Shown here: one piece after another, positions 36,533 through 45,475 of the stretch
Position numbering within the stretch: the first letter of the stretch is position 1
How the letters are laid out: each line of letters begins with the position of its first letter
Virus record (IMG/VR): IMGVR_UViG_3300044713_000194
Location: 43,637 to 107,636 of that record
Reading direction: 5' to 3' (one strand)
Source of the DNA: a virus
Length of the DNA: 64,000 nucleotides
The notes under the pieces: generated by a model
The model's input: only the letters and a program-made list of their open reading frames with translations
What the model was told of the DNA's origin: nothing
Database searches by the model: none
Program-made: the position numbers and the translations under genes

Positions 36533-36712
36533 TTCCGATCGGGTGTGTTGCTACACCAAAGAACTCTGACCGGCGAATCGTCGTTTGTTCCTCTTATCCG
36601 GAGGACTTCACTAAATCTGTAAATTCGCCGGGTGCGGTATCGCCTTGCGGCGTCCGCGCGGTTCACTCTTTAAAGGAAATGGCTACTTTTAGGCCAACCT
36701 CCCCGGTCGAAA
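36533..36712 (-). ncRNA. 23S rRNA GTPase-associated-centre (L11-binding, H42-H44) mimic with ~110-nt insertion
   Basis: GGAGGTTGGCCTAAAAGTAGCCATTTCCTTTAAAGAGTG closely matches bacterial 23S H43; H44-like GTGT-AGCA-ACAC; closing stem TTCGACCGGG/CCCGATCGGA. Confidence 0.75.
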
Positions 36713-36716
36713 TTTA

Positions 36717-36792
36717 TGGCGGGGCCGACGAGCTTCGATCTCGCTACCTCGGCAGTGACAGTGCCGCGCTCTGCCAATTGAGCTACGACCCC
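36717..36792 (-). tRNA. tRNA-Asp(GTC)
   Basis: CGGCA-CTGTCAC-TGCCG arm, G73-CCA; T loop ATCGAAG. Confidence 0.9.
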
Positions 36793-36809
36793 GCAAAAAC
36801 CTCGAAGAT

Positions 36810-36885
36810 TGGCATGGGCAGAGGGATTCGAACCCCCAAGTTCGGTTTTGGAGACCGACAGTTTACCAATTGAGCTTATGCCCAT
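36810..36885 (-). tRNA. tRNA-Trp(CCA)
   Basis: Loop CT-CCA-AA, G73-CCA. Confidence 0.93.
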
Positions 36886-37057
36886 GTATGCCCGGCCATC
36901 GTGTAGGCCGGGTTCAACTTCACTTTCAATTGTCAAAGACCTTCACCTGGGCCTGAGCCCCGATCTTGGTGGGGGTGGGTGGGCGGAAGCAATCGAGCAG
37001 CCGATCCCACGTCCCTTTGAACGTTTTAGCTGCTCTTTCCTCCGATCCGCATCCCCA

Positions 37058-37088
37058 CAAAGCAAAACCCCCGGCCTTAGCCGGGGGT
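37058..37088 (-). terminator. Attenuator terminator 2
   Basis: ACCCCCGGC-TAAG-GCCGGGGGT then TTTGCTTT. The 5' arm region CACGACCCCC is complementary (with a bulge) to the leader end GGGGGTTCCGTG. Confidence 0.88.
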
Positions 37089-37114
37089 CGTGAACCTACG
37101 AGTAAACCACTCGG

Positions 37115-37216
37115 TTACACGGAACCCCCCAGCACGCGATCCCATCCTTCGCGCACTACGCTCTCCATCCGCTTAACGCGGATGTTGACAGTCGTTTTTA
37201 TGGTCCTGGAGTTCAT
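37115..37216 (-). CDS. Attenuator leader peptide 2, MNSRTIKTTVNIRVKRMESVVREGWDRVLGGSV
   Basis: GAAGGA RBS; contains AGG, ATA, AAA, ATC, CGC, AAG, CGG, ATG, GTA, GAA, GGA, TGG and GAT, matching all 13 downstream tRNAs. Confidence 0.85.
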   Translation of the reverse strand: MNSRTIKTTVNIRVKRMESVVREGWDRVLGGSV

Positions 37217-37237
37217 GTAAAGAGTATCCTTCCCTTG

Positions 37238-37268
37238 CTTGGACGTAATCCCTAGCCAAAAGTTGCGA
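37238..37268 (-). promoter_or_regulatory. tRNA-operon promoter 2 (GCAAC-N16-CGTC)
   Basis: TCGCAACTTTTGGCTAGGGATTACGTCCAAG. Confidence 0.85.
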
Positions 37269-37297
37269 AGTTTTGTAGGATTTGATTCGGAGGTAAT

Positions 37298-37513
37298 ATG
37301 TCAATCAACACACTCGTATCCGAAATCGATCATGAAATTGCCGGACTCACTCAAGCCCGGAAGATCCTAACCTCTTTAAACGGGCATTCGACACGACCCG
37401 CCGCCGGAACGCATAAACGCAGGCCTCTCTCGGTCGCGGCCCGGAAGCGGATCGCTGCGGCCCAAAAGAAACGATGGGCGGAGCAGAGGAAAGCCGCGAA
37501 GAAAACTGCGTAG
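37298..37513 (+). CDS. Small basic coiled-coil/histone-like protein
   Basis: GGAGG RBS; EIDHEIAGLTQAR...LSVAARKRIAAAQKKRWA. Confidence 0.75.
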   Translation: MSINTLVSEIDHEIAGLTQARKILTSLNGHSTRPAAGTHKRRPLSVAARKRIAAAQKKRWAEQRKAAKKTA

Positions 37514-37802
37514 ACTAAGCCCGCGCCAGCTTCTCTTCTACAAACCCCCGCACAACTTCTTTAGCCTTAACCTGATCGATGGGATGGAACGCGCCTACGG
37601 CGTGCACGACAGGGCCGCCGCCGCGTTCCTCGATCACCACGACAAACTCATTGAATGGGCAAGCCTTCGTGAGGCGGTCCGCGAGATCCCACGCGGCATC
37701 CGCCGTTCGTGTCTTCGTGATGCGGTTGAGTAGAAGCATAGAAGAGGCCGTCATAACGATGGCTTCTTCATTATGCTTTGAAGTTGCTTAATCGGAAACT
37801 GT

Positions 37803-37879
37803 TGGTCGGGACGGTCAGATTCGAACTGGCGACCTTACGCACCCCAAGCGTACGCTCTACCAGGCTGAGCCACGCCCCG
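37803..37879 (-). tRNA. tRNA-Pro(GGG)
   Basis: TACGC-TTGGGGT-GCGTA arm, C1-G72, CCA. Confidence 0.93.
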
Positions 37880-38165
37880 ACATCACTTAAACATCCCGAT
37901 TATCTTGACACAATCGGGAGTTAAACTAAGCAGCGCCTGCTGCAAATTTAGCTCTGTACGAAGTTTCTCTTCGGTCCAGTCACTATTCTCGATCTTTAGC
38001 CGCGCCAGGGCATTGAGATAGGGATACGTTCCGAAGCACATTAACAACTGGGTTGTAGGCCAGTCAGATGCCTCAATAACCATTCGCGCGTAATTTTGGA
38101 ATCCAGTCTCAAACTCTTGTCGCAGACGACTTTTCGTTTCACTATCCATCAACTCTCCTTAGAGT

Positions 38166-38243
38166 TGGCCCGAGGAGCGGGAGTCGAACCTGCCCACCGG
38201 ATGACTGCGCAGACCCCGGCGCTACCCACATGCCAGTCCTCGG
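38166..38243 (-). ncRNA. CCA-terminated tRNA-like RNA with degenerate anticodon arm
   Basis: Acceptor CCGAGGA/TCCTCGG-GCCA and T loop TTCGACT intact; centre weakly paired. Confidence 0.55.
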
Positions 38244-38503
38244 TTAAAGCTTCGCTGTTGGCGGAAGCGGGTGATTCCAGTTTTTCTTCATCCACCAGTT
38301 GAGGCTGCCGACAATTACGAATACACCGGCTGCCGCACCGACACAACACATCGCGCGAAAAGCGTCATCGGGGTCGGTAAAGGCCGAATAAACCATGCCA
38401 CCGAGCGCAAATAACAGACCCGCAACGCAAAGCGTGATCGCAATTGCCTTTGCGACTTTCCCGACTGCACCCAGAAACCGCGCCGTCCTATATTGCCATG
38501 TCA

Positions 38504-39241
38504 TCACCAAGCTCCCTCAATTTCTTCCGGCCCCGACAGGATGTGCTCGGGCCGGACGGTTGTCAGATTGGGAAATCTTTTTGCAACTTCCTCAACAAAC
38601 CAGCGGATCATCTGACGCCCCTTGCTCGGTGTACATGCGTCAATTATCGCAAACAGCAGAAACAGGTCAAGATCCTCAACGCTCATCAAGGCATGAAGGA
38701 GCTTCTTCTCATCCATACAGGGCTCCTCCGCTCGCGGAGAACCCTCCAGCGCCTTACAGCGCTGACAGACGCGCCGTAAGAAGCCCGGCGACGATGTGTT
38801 TCGTTCCCATCCTACGAAGTAGGACGCAGCCTTGGGTTCCCACGCGTGACGCGTTTCCTTCATCTTTTTGAACACTGCATAACCGATGTCGTGCCACTGC
38901 GTAATGTTCAGCATACTGCCGTCATCGGTGAACCGCGCCAGATATTCGCGTGCAATCGACGCATGACTCTTGGGATCGAGGATGGCGCTGTCGCGCTTGG
39001 CCTCCATCTTGAACGAGTCGTGCACGTGAATCAGAACTTTCAGCTTCCAGTACCGCTCGCTGTCGGCCTCAACGAGCCCTTGGGATACCAACCTCGCGAG
39101 GTTGGCTTCGAGATCGGCAATGTGCGCCTTCACCGTTCCTTCGGCGTGCCCCCGGCGTGGTTTGCCATACTCGATGTTGGCCTGGTAGCGCGGGTCCGCG
39201 ATGATCTGTTCGTAGACCGCTTTGAAGTTCGTCACACCCAT
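38504..39241 (-). CDS. HD-domain protein with apparent Cys/His insertion
   Basis: H...H...VHDSFK...H...WHD...IID motifs. Confidence 0.7.
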   Translation of the reverse strand: MGVTNFKAVYEQIIADPRYQANIEYGKPRRGHAEGTVKAHIADLEANLARLVSQGLVEADSERYWKLKVLIHVHDSFKMEAKRDSAILDPKSHASIAREYLARFTDDGSMLNITQWHDIGYAVFKKMKETRHAWEPKAASYFVGWERNTSSPGFLRRVCQRCKALEGSPRAEEPCMDEKKLLHALMSVEDLDLFLLFAIIDACTPSKGRQMIRWFVEEVAKRFPNLTTVRPEHILSGPEEIEGAW

Positions 39242-39720
39242 ACCTCGATCGGTCTCCGACCATCGGCTTCGCACGAGACGAGTTTCACCCGCGTGCGGGG
39301 AATCGAGTCATCCTTGAGGATCACTGCTTGCCAGATTTGGCCTACCACTGCGTTGTCGTACTGCACCGGGACCTCCCCATTCATTGAAGAGAGGAACATA
39401 GACACATCGTCGGGATGGAGCCTGACTTCGACAACACGGAGCCGTGGGTCTTTCTCAACCTCTGAAAAACCGTTAGCCAACTTGTCGAGCGAGAAGAAGT
39501 TCAGTTGTTCTGTCATAGCTTTAACCATCGTCCACTACAAGAAATCACAAGAGTCGGGCACGTTTGCTTCGCAGGCTGGTAATGCTTGCGAAGCGGCTTC
39601 CCGCAGGTCTCACAAATCACTTCCCCGCTTGCTCGGAACGCCTCTTTCCACTCCTCCGGAGGGATGTCGTCTTTCTCCCAAGACCAGGCCATCAGTCAGT
39701 TTCCTTATGCGGTACTCCCC

Positions 39721-40926
39721 TCAGTCTTTATAGGGGTCCCGCTCTGTCGAAGACGCCATTGCCACGCCAACCGGCGTCAGCCGGTGCAGAATCTTGACCG
39801 AGTCCTCGACTGAAGCCAGGACCTCGTCAAGGCGCTTGTAGCAATCCGGCGACTCATCGAGGCCGCCGCCGCGAAGCTCGATACCCGCGCGATCGATCCA
39901 GGCACGCATCATCTCCTGGGTAACTTTGCCTTCACGGACGACGCGGACTTCACCCGTCTCCTTGTTCTTCTTGGTAACACCGGTCGCTTCCTTGCGCCCC
40001 ATCGCGCGGCCTGCACCGTGCACGGTCGAGTAGAGAGAGTACTTTGCGTTCTCGTTCTCGACACCCTCAAGGATCACCGACTGCTCACCCATCGAGCCGC
40101 CGACAAAGCCCTTCCGGCCTGGGTAGGCCGGTGTTGCCCCCTTACGGACAACCCAATACCACTCACCGCCATGGAATTCACGCCATGCATAATTGTGGTG
40201 GTTGTGGACTTCCTCAATAACGGGAGCGCCGAGAATCTTTGCAACGCGATCACATACCCAGTCGCGGCCCGAATAAGCGTAGGCACCGGCCAAATGCATC
40301 GCCAGGAGGTACTGGTCACCGAGATCGCTCTTCACGTCAAGCACGCATGGCTCAACCTCCATGCCGTCCTTCGCTCCGGCAGCCTTGAGGAACCAGGTTG
40401 CGATGCCGTGGCCAAGACCGCGCGAACCGAAGTGCACGCCAATCCAGACGCGATCCTGCTCGTCGGTGAACAGGTCCACGTAGTGGTTGCCGGAGCCCAC
40501 CGTACCAAGCTGAACGACAGCCTTCTGATGCAGAGGCTTGCAGGCCGCCAGCTTCCACGCATCGGCATGGGCGAAGTCTTCCCACAAGACGGAGCTATCG
40601 ACCTTCTCGTTGTTCTTGCGGCCTACGCCGAAGCTGATCGTCTTCCACACGTCGTCCATGATCGTCTTGATGTTGGCGCGAAGCTCCGTGCCGGTCATGT
40701 CTACGCGGACTGCCTTGTTGCCGCAGCCGATGTCGTAGCCCACGCCGGTCGGGCTGATGGCATCCTTGTACGCCACCACTCCGCCGATCGGCACACCGTA
40801 GCCCAGATGGTTGTCTGGCATCAGCGCCACCTTGTCGGCGGTCTTCGCGCACGTGCGTATCTGGTTGAGCGTCTTCTCGTCGGCTTCGCCGAATACCGGG
40901 ATCTTTCCGTCAATGAGTTGCATCAT
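39721..40926 (-). CDS. rtcB: RtcB RNA ligase (2',3'-cyclic phosphate/5'-OH)
   Basis: MPDNHLGYGVPIGG, GYDIGCG, GSGNHY, HFGSRG, NHHN, RKGAT, HGAGR, DESPDCYK. Confidence 0.95.
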   Translation of the reverse strand: MMQLIDGKIPVFGEADEKTLNQIRTCAKTADKVALMPDNHLGYGVPIGGVVAYKDAISPTGVGYDIGCGNKAVRVDMTGTELRANIKTIMDDVWKTISFGVGRKNNEKVDSSVLWEDFAHADAWKLAACKPLHQKAVVQLGTVGSGNHYVDLFTDEQDRVWIGVHFGSRGLGHGIATWFLKAAGAKDGMEVEPCVLDVKSDLGDQYLLAMHLAGAYAYSGRDWVCDRVAKILGAPVIEEVHNHHNYAWREFHGGEWYWVVRKGATPAYPGRKGFVGGSMGEQSVILEGVENENAKYSLYSTVHGAGRAMGRKEATGVTKKNKETGEVRVVREGKVTQEMMRAWIDRAGIELRGGGLDESPDCYKRLDEVLASVEDSVKILHRLTPVGVAMASSTERDPYKD

Positions 40927-42519
40927 TTCTTTTCTCCCGCGACCTCGTCTTTTGACCAGTACCACTTTCCCTTATTCTGCACTACGCCCTTGAATCCACG
41001 CGGTGGGCAAAACTCGCGGCCTTCTATGTCGAGGAATGCCCGCTTGCGAGCCCGTATAGCGTAGATACCGTCCCTCATGCATGGTTGGGGCACAATTGGC
41101 AGTAGAACTGCGATCGCCATCAACGTTCACACCTGGGCTGTCCAGTAGTTCTCGCGTCGAATGCAATCGAGGCAAGCTCCGCAGCCGCTGCAATGGCTTA
41201 CCGCCGGTACCCGCATTGCCGCGAGGACGCGTGCCGCCAAAGTATCGTCGAACTTTTCGGATCGTCCATCGAAGAAGCCTCTCATAGGCTCCTGCCGTGG
41301 CCGATAGCAATGCTTTCGAATCTCGTCTGCGGTCTTGATGTCTTGTGCGATCGGCTTCACGTCACAATGAATGCAGAGGCGGTTGACGATGTTTACCGAG
41401 CCGCAACGATCACAGAAGGCGTGACCGTCCGCGCGGTAGTTGATGCCGTCGCGCATGGAGTACTCCATGGGCTCCGCCGCACATTCGTCTCCCGTGGTAT
41501 TTGGCATGTTCCGAAAACCTCCCTAGTGGCTAATACTGAGGCGGAAGGACGGAATTCACATACCCATTAACATTATTCCAAATATTCTTGGTGACCGCCC
41601 TGCGCCGCCCGTTTATGTGCTTCGCGGCGTTTCCGCTTGTGTCCAAAGTACTTATCGGCGTGACAAAGCTTTGAGCCGCAGCCAAGGTTCCACTTGGAGT
41701 ATCGACCCCAGGCGGAAGGCTCCGTGGGATGGACACGGTTGATGAGGTTGGTGCGTTCCTGAACGCGGTGACTGTCGGTCCAGACGTGGTCATGGATAAA
41801 GCGCCGCTTCGCGATGACGCGGTCGCGCTGGTGCCGACGTTCGGCACGATTGGTTGGATGACTCATGGCTGATGCCGCCCCCTTCGTGCGGTGTGTTACA
41901 TCGAAGCCATGAATTCCTCCTCGGACACTTCCACAAGAATCGCCCCCGTTTCGTCTTCAATTATCCACTTGCGATCGAGCCCAAGCTCAATCAGTTCGCG
42001 TACCCCGATTTCAGGAGGCACATCGGCCAGGTTCCTCAGCCGGATTTCACTCAGCCTAATTTGGAGAGACCGAAGACTGAACATCGTTCCATTGAGTTCC
42101 CGCAGCGCGGCTTTGAAATCGAAGATACCGTTCATAAGTCTGTGCCCTTGTGTGTTTCCAGTTGGTGTGGATCAGAAGGCGCAAGAAATTCAGTACCGGG
42201 CTGTTTTCGATGAACTCCACTGGGAGGCCGTCACGACCGATCGGAGTCTTGCCGAATATCTTCACCCTCGCCCCCTTTCTCTACTGGCGCATGATCCGAT
42301 TCCGGCAACATACACTTAGGAATCTCCGTGCGTATTCCGCCGATATATGCGCACACCTCGATACAATCGTCCCAGCTATGCCCGTCCTTGCGCATATTGC
42401 GCACCAGGCGCTCCAGCCCGCGCCGAAAGTTCCGGATTTCCCGCCTACGCTGGAGCCACTTTTTCAGCCAGATCATATTCGCCTTTCGTCAAACTTCCCG
42501 GCGTCTTGCCACTGAGACC

Positions 42520-42715
42520 ACGCGAATGCCTCGACATTCGCGGCGGGATTCGAACCCGCGTTTCCGGGCTTGATGGCGCTCTACCAGCCTGAGCCACTCG
42601 CCGCTTGGCACTACCGGTCAAGCCGGGATCTCCATAAGGCGAGGCGGGATTCGAACCCGCGACCTCCATCCTACTTTTGTCTAACCGGCGTCCTGGGCTT
42701 GAACGATTGGGGGGA
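42520..42715 (-). pseudogene. Two tRNA remnants
   Basis: Two GCGGG-TTCGAAT-CCCGC T arms with D-like arms but no valid anticodon arm or CCA. Confidence 0.55.
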
Positions 42716-42768
42716 AGGCGTTCACCCGCAAGTCCAGTGGCTCACATAAAGCGATTGGGTAGTTCTTT

Positions 42769-42847
42769 TGGAGGGAGGGGAGGGACTCGAACCCTCAAAA
42801 ATCGTGAGCCACAGTCACGCGCGTCTACCAATTCCGCCACCGACCCC
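42769..42847 (-). tRNA. tRNA-His(GTG)
   Basis: CGTGA-CTGTGGC-TCACG arm, G-1, CCA; two acceptor-stem mismatches. Confidence 0.85.
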
Positions 42848-43308
42848 CGGCTTTATGCTTGAACCTTTACCGTCCCATCTTGCAAAAGTGCCTCGACCTC
42901 GGGATCGACCTCCGCTGGAACCGTTGTGGCCCCACTGTCCCTTAGACGCGGCCAGCGAAGCTTACCAATGAAATCGCCATGCCTTCGATACACGCAAATA
43001 TCGAGGACTCCAGACCGTTCATCCTCGTTTGGACAAAGCTCCAGGTCTGGGTGCTTCTCAATTGCGATTACAGCAGAGATGAAATCCATCGTTCTACTCC
43101 CTTCAAAAACTCAATCAAAATCCTCGTCTTCAGCACCACACATCAGCGGCAGCAAGGTGACCAGGCAGCACAAGCAAAACAGGTTTGGATCATCGAGCGA
43201 AGCCGCAATGCCTATGCCATACACAGACAGCACCGAGATCAGAAATGCTACGACTTCGTATGGCATGCAACACCTCTGATGCCCGGTGCCCCACCGCTTA
43301 CTTCAAAT

Positions 43309-43385
43309 TGGTTGCGGGACCGGACCCCGACTCCGGCGATTTCCTGGTTATGAGCCAGGCGAGACTCCCTTTCTCCATCCCCGCG
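43309..43385 (-). tRNA. tRNA-fMet(CAT), divergent
   Basis: CGCGGG...CCCGCA-ACCA (C1:A72); CAT loop; degenerate T loop. Confidence 0.8.
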
Positions 43386-43423
43386 ACTTGTTGAGCGCGT
43401 ATATTCGGCGCTCGAATATTTTG

Positions 43424-43507
43424 TGGAGCCGGGCAAGGGATTCGAACCCCCGATGTTTGTGTAGCGGTTTACAATACCGCCGCTTTCGACCACTCAGCCA
43501 ACCCGGC
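43424..43507 (-). tRNA. tRNA-Thr(TGT), enlarged variable loop
   Basis: GCGGT-ATTGTAA-ACCGC arm (A32); 84 nt; CCA. Confidence 0.85.
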
Positions 43508-43996
43508 CCTACTCACTAATGTTCTGTCCCGCCGACTCTGGATCGGCTAAATTCCGTTCCTGTGGAACCGATACAGTTCGCCGCGAAGCTCCCTCGTCAG
43601 TTCCACAGGTCCGAACGGAGCGGCGGTCTCAGGTCGTTCGCGCAACCCTCGATTGAGCCTTACCGCACGCTTGTTGAAGCTCGCGTCCCCTTGCTGAACA
43701 TCAGCCAGCAATACTTCGCACGCCAGCATTGACGGCAGACCTTGATGTGGTGCTCGTACCGTGCCCTGTCGTCGAGTACGAGCAACGTTCAATCCTTCCC
43801 GTAAACGCTGACCGTGGCAGACTTCCGGCTTTTGCCGATTTTTACCCTGACGCCCGCACCGGTGGTTTCGGATTCGAGTGCCGCCTCGCGAATTTGTGAG
43901 GCGAACTCCGGAGCGTTCTCAAGCTCCTGCACCGCGCTGCGAGGCAGCGTCACGTAGATCGTTTTTGCCATGACATCCTCCTGCGTGACTTTCAGA

Positions 43997-44073
43997 TGGA
44001 GCCCGAGACCAGGTTTGAACTGGTGACCTCTCCCTTACCAAAGGAGTACTCTGCCAACTGAGCTACTGCGGGC
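43997..44073 (-). tRNA. tRNA-Thr(GGT)
   Basis: Loop TT-GGT-AA, CCA; one-base bulge in the acceptor stem. Confidence 0.88.
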
Positions 44074-44317
44074 TTTGAATTTCTCAAAGCGTCCAGCAGG
44101 GCTGTGAGTTCAATCACCAGCCTACCTGGAATTGATAAACCTAACTCGTTGCAATAAATGTCGTCCAAATGGGTCTTAACTTCTTCACGAGCCTCATAAA
44201 GACCCAACACCCAGTCCGGTACCTTAACAAGCTTCCCGGTCCCCGTCTCCCAGAATGTACGCGTCTCGCCCATTTTCAACCCACTAGGACCGACCTCTGC
44301 CAACTGAGCTACTGCGG
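44049..44317. repeat. 23-bp direct repeat CTCTGCCAACTGAGCTACTGCGG (44049-44071 and 44295-44317), the 5' part of tRNA-Thr(GGT)
   Basis: Exact duplication flanking a ~220-bp insert that carries a small ORF. Confidence 0.85.
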
Positions 44318-44368
44318 CGAAATCGTGTCGCTAAGGGGTAATACTCCCAAAACCCCTCGGCAACCATT

Positions 44369-44881
44369 TCAGTAATAGAGAAACTGCCTCCACGCCGGAT
44401 CGCGGTGACCGATCTTCCGCATCAGATGGCGGCTCGTGTGGATTGTCGCCGGTCTAGGACGGTTCAAAAGGACCATTCCCGCCTCTTCCGGCGTCCGGTC
44501 GGCCTTCTTCCCGTTACACGACTTGCATGCCGTCACCAGGTTCTCCCAGGTGTCCGGGCCGCCCTGCGCCCGAGGCGTGACATGGTCCAATGTCAAGTCG
44601 CGCACATGGAAGTGTTCTCCGCAATACTGACACTGGTAGTCATCCCGAAGGAAGATGTTCCGAGCCGAAGGCCGCGTCCTGATGTGCGGGACCTTGCGGA
44701 ACTCAATCAGCCGGACAACGCTGGGCAGCTTGATGCCCCTGTGAATTTCCTGATCGTGCTCTACCTCGGCCAATGCAACGGCCTTGCAAATCAACTTAAT
44801 CGCGTCGCGGGCCGCCGCGAAACGCAGGGGTTCGTACGAAGCGTTCAACACCAGCACCGGTCTGTCCATCACTGCGCCCAT
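44369..44881 (-). CDS. HNH endonuclease (McrA-like)
   Basis: VLVLNASYEP...RDDYQCQYCG...TLDHV...WENLVTACKSCNGKK. Confidence 0.9.
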   Translation of the reverse strand: MGAVMDRPVLVLNASYEPLRFAAARDAIKLICKAVALAEVEHDQEIHRGIKLPSVVRLIEFRKVPHIRTRPSARNIFLRDDYQCQYCGEHFHVRDLTLDHVTPRAQGGPDTWENLVTACKSCNGKKADRTPEEAGMVLLNRPRPATIHTSRHLMRKIGHRDPAWRQFLYY

Positions 44882-44905
44882 ACAATTACCCCCGAAACCT
44901 TGTTG

Positions 44906-44982
44906 TGGAGCCGGTGAGGGCAATCGAAACCCTGACCTGCGGTTTACGAAACCGCCGCTCTGGCCACCTGAGCTACACCGGC
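44906..44982 (-). tRNA. tRNA-Thr(CGT)
   Basis: GCGGT-TTCGTAA-ACCGC arm, CCA. Confidence 0.92.
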
Positions 44983-45187
44983 CCGACTCAAACTCTGAAC
45001 TTCCATCCGCACACAATCGAGGCAAGTCCTAGCCTTTGAGATCCCGTGCAGGAAAATTTCTCTATACGTACCACCCTGAGAAAGACGTTCGTAGACGCTC
45101 AACACATCTCCGTCCAGGTTGATCTGTGTCATACAACACTCCCTTGATAGGAATACCGTTTCGCTATAGCGATTCGGAATATTAAAG

Positions 45188-45262
45188 TGGAGCGGGTGGC
45201 CGGGATCGAACCGGCGGCATCCTGCTTGGCAAGCAGGTGTTCTACCGCTGAACTACATCCGC
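45188..45262 (-). tRNA. tRNA-Gly(GCC)
   Basis: CCTGC-TTGCCAA-GCAGG arm, U73-CCA. Confidence 0.93.
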
Positions 45263-45400
45263 GTCGGCCCGCGCCTGGACGCCGTTGCTCGGGCCTCGAT
45301 ACTCACGACAATTGCGCTCGTCGGCGACGTTTGTGGCCCGGGGCCGCTGGCACGGTCGATCGACCTAAAAATAGACAATGATTGTTCTCGCAATGAGAAC

Positions 45401-45475
45401 TGGCTGGCGGAGGAGGAATCGAACCCCTCATTCAACGGGCCAAAACCGTTTGTCCGACCGTTAGACGATCCGCCA
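45401..45475 (-). tRNA. tRNA-Gln(TTG)
   Basis: AACGG-TTTTGGC-CCGTT arm, G73-CCA. Confidence 0.9.

Larger units (their letters stand above)
40923..43971 (-). other. Small hypothetical genes interleaved with tRNAs (e.g. 40923-41123, 41127-41507, 41573-41866, 41896-42135, 42231-42476, 42853-43089, 43547-43792, 43789-43971)
   Basis: RBSs, stop/start overlaps, same strand as the tRNAs. Confidence 0.5.

Noticed and set aside
30631-36712. A true rRNA gene or host contamination
   Set aside because: rRNA similarity is limited to two isolated motifs embedded among phage genes; flanks show no rRNA continuity.
40018-41064. 348-aa + strand ORF (likewise 38846-39733)
   Set aside because: These are antisense shadows of rtcB and the HD gene, as expected in GC-rich coding DNA.
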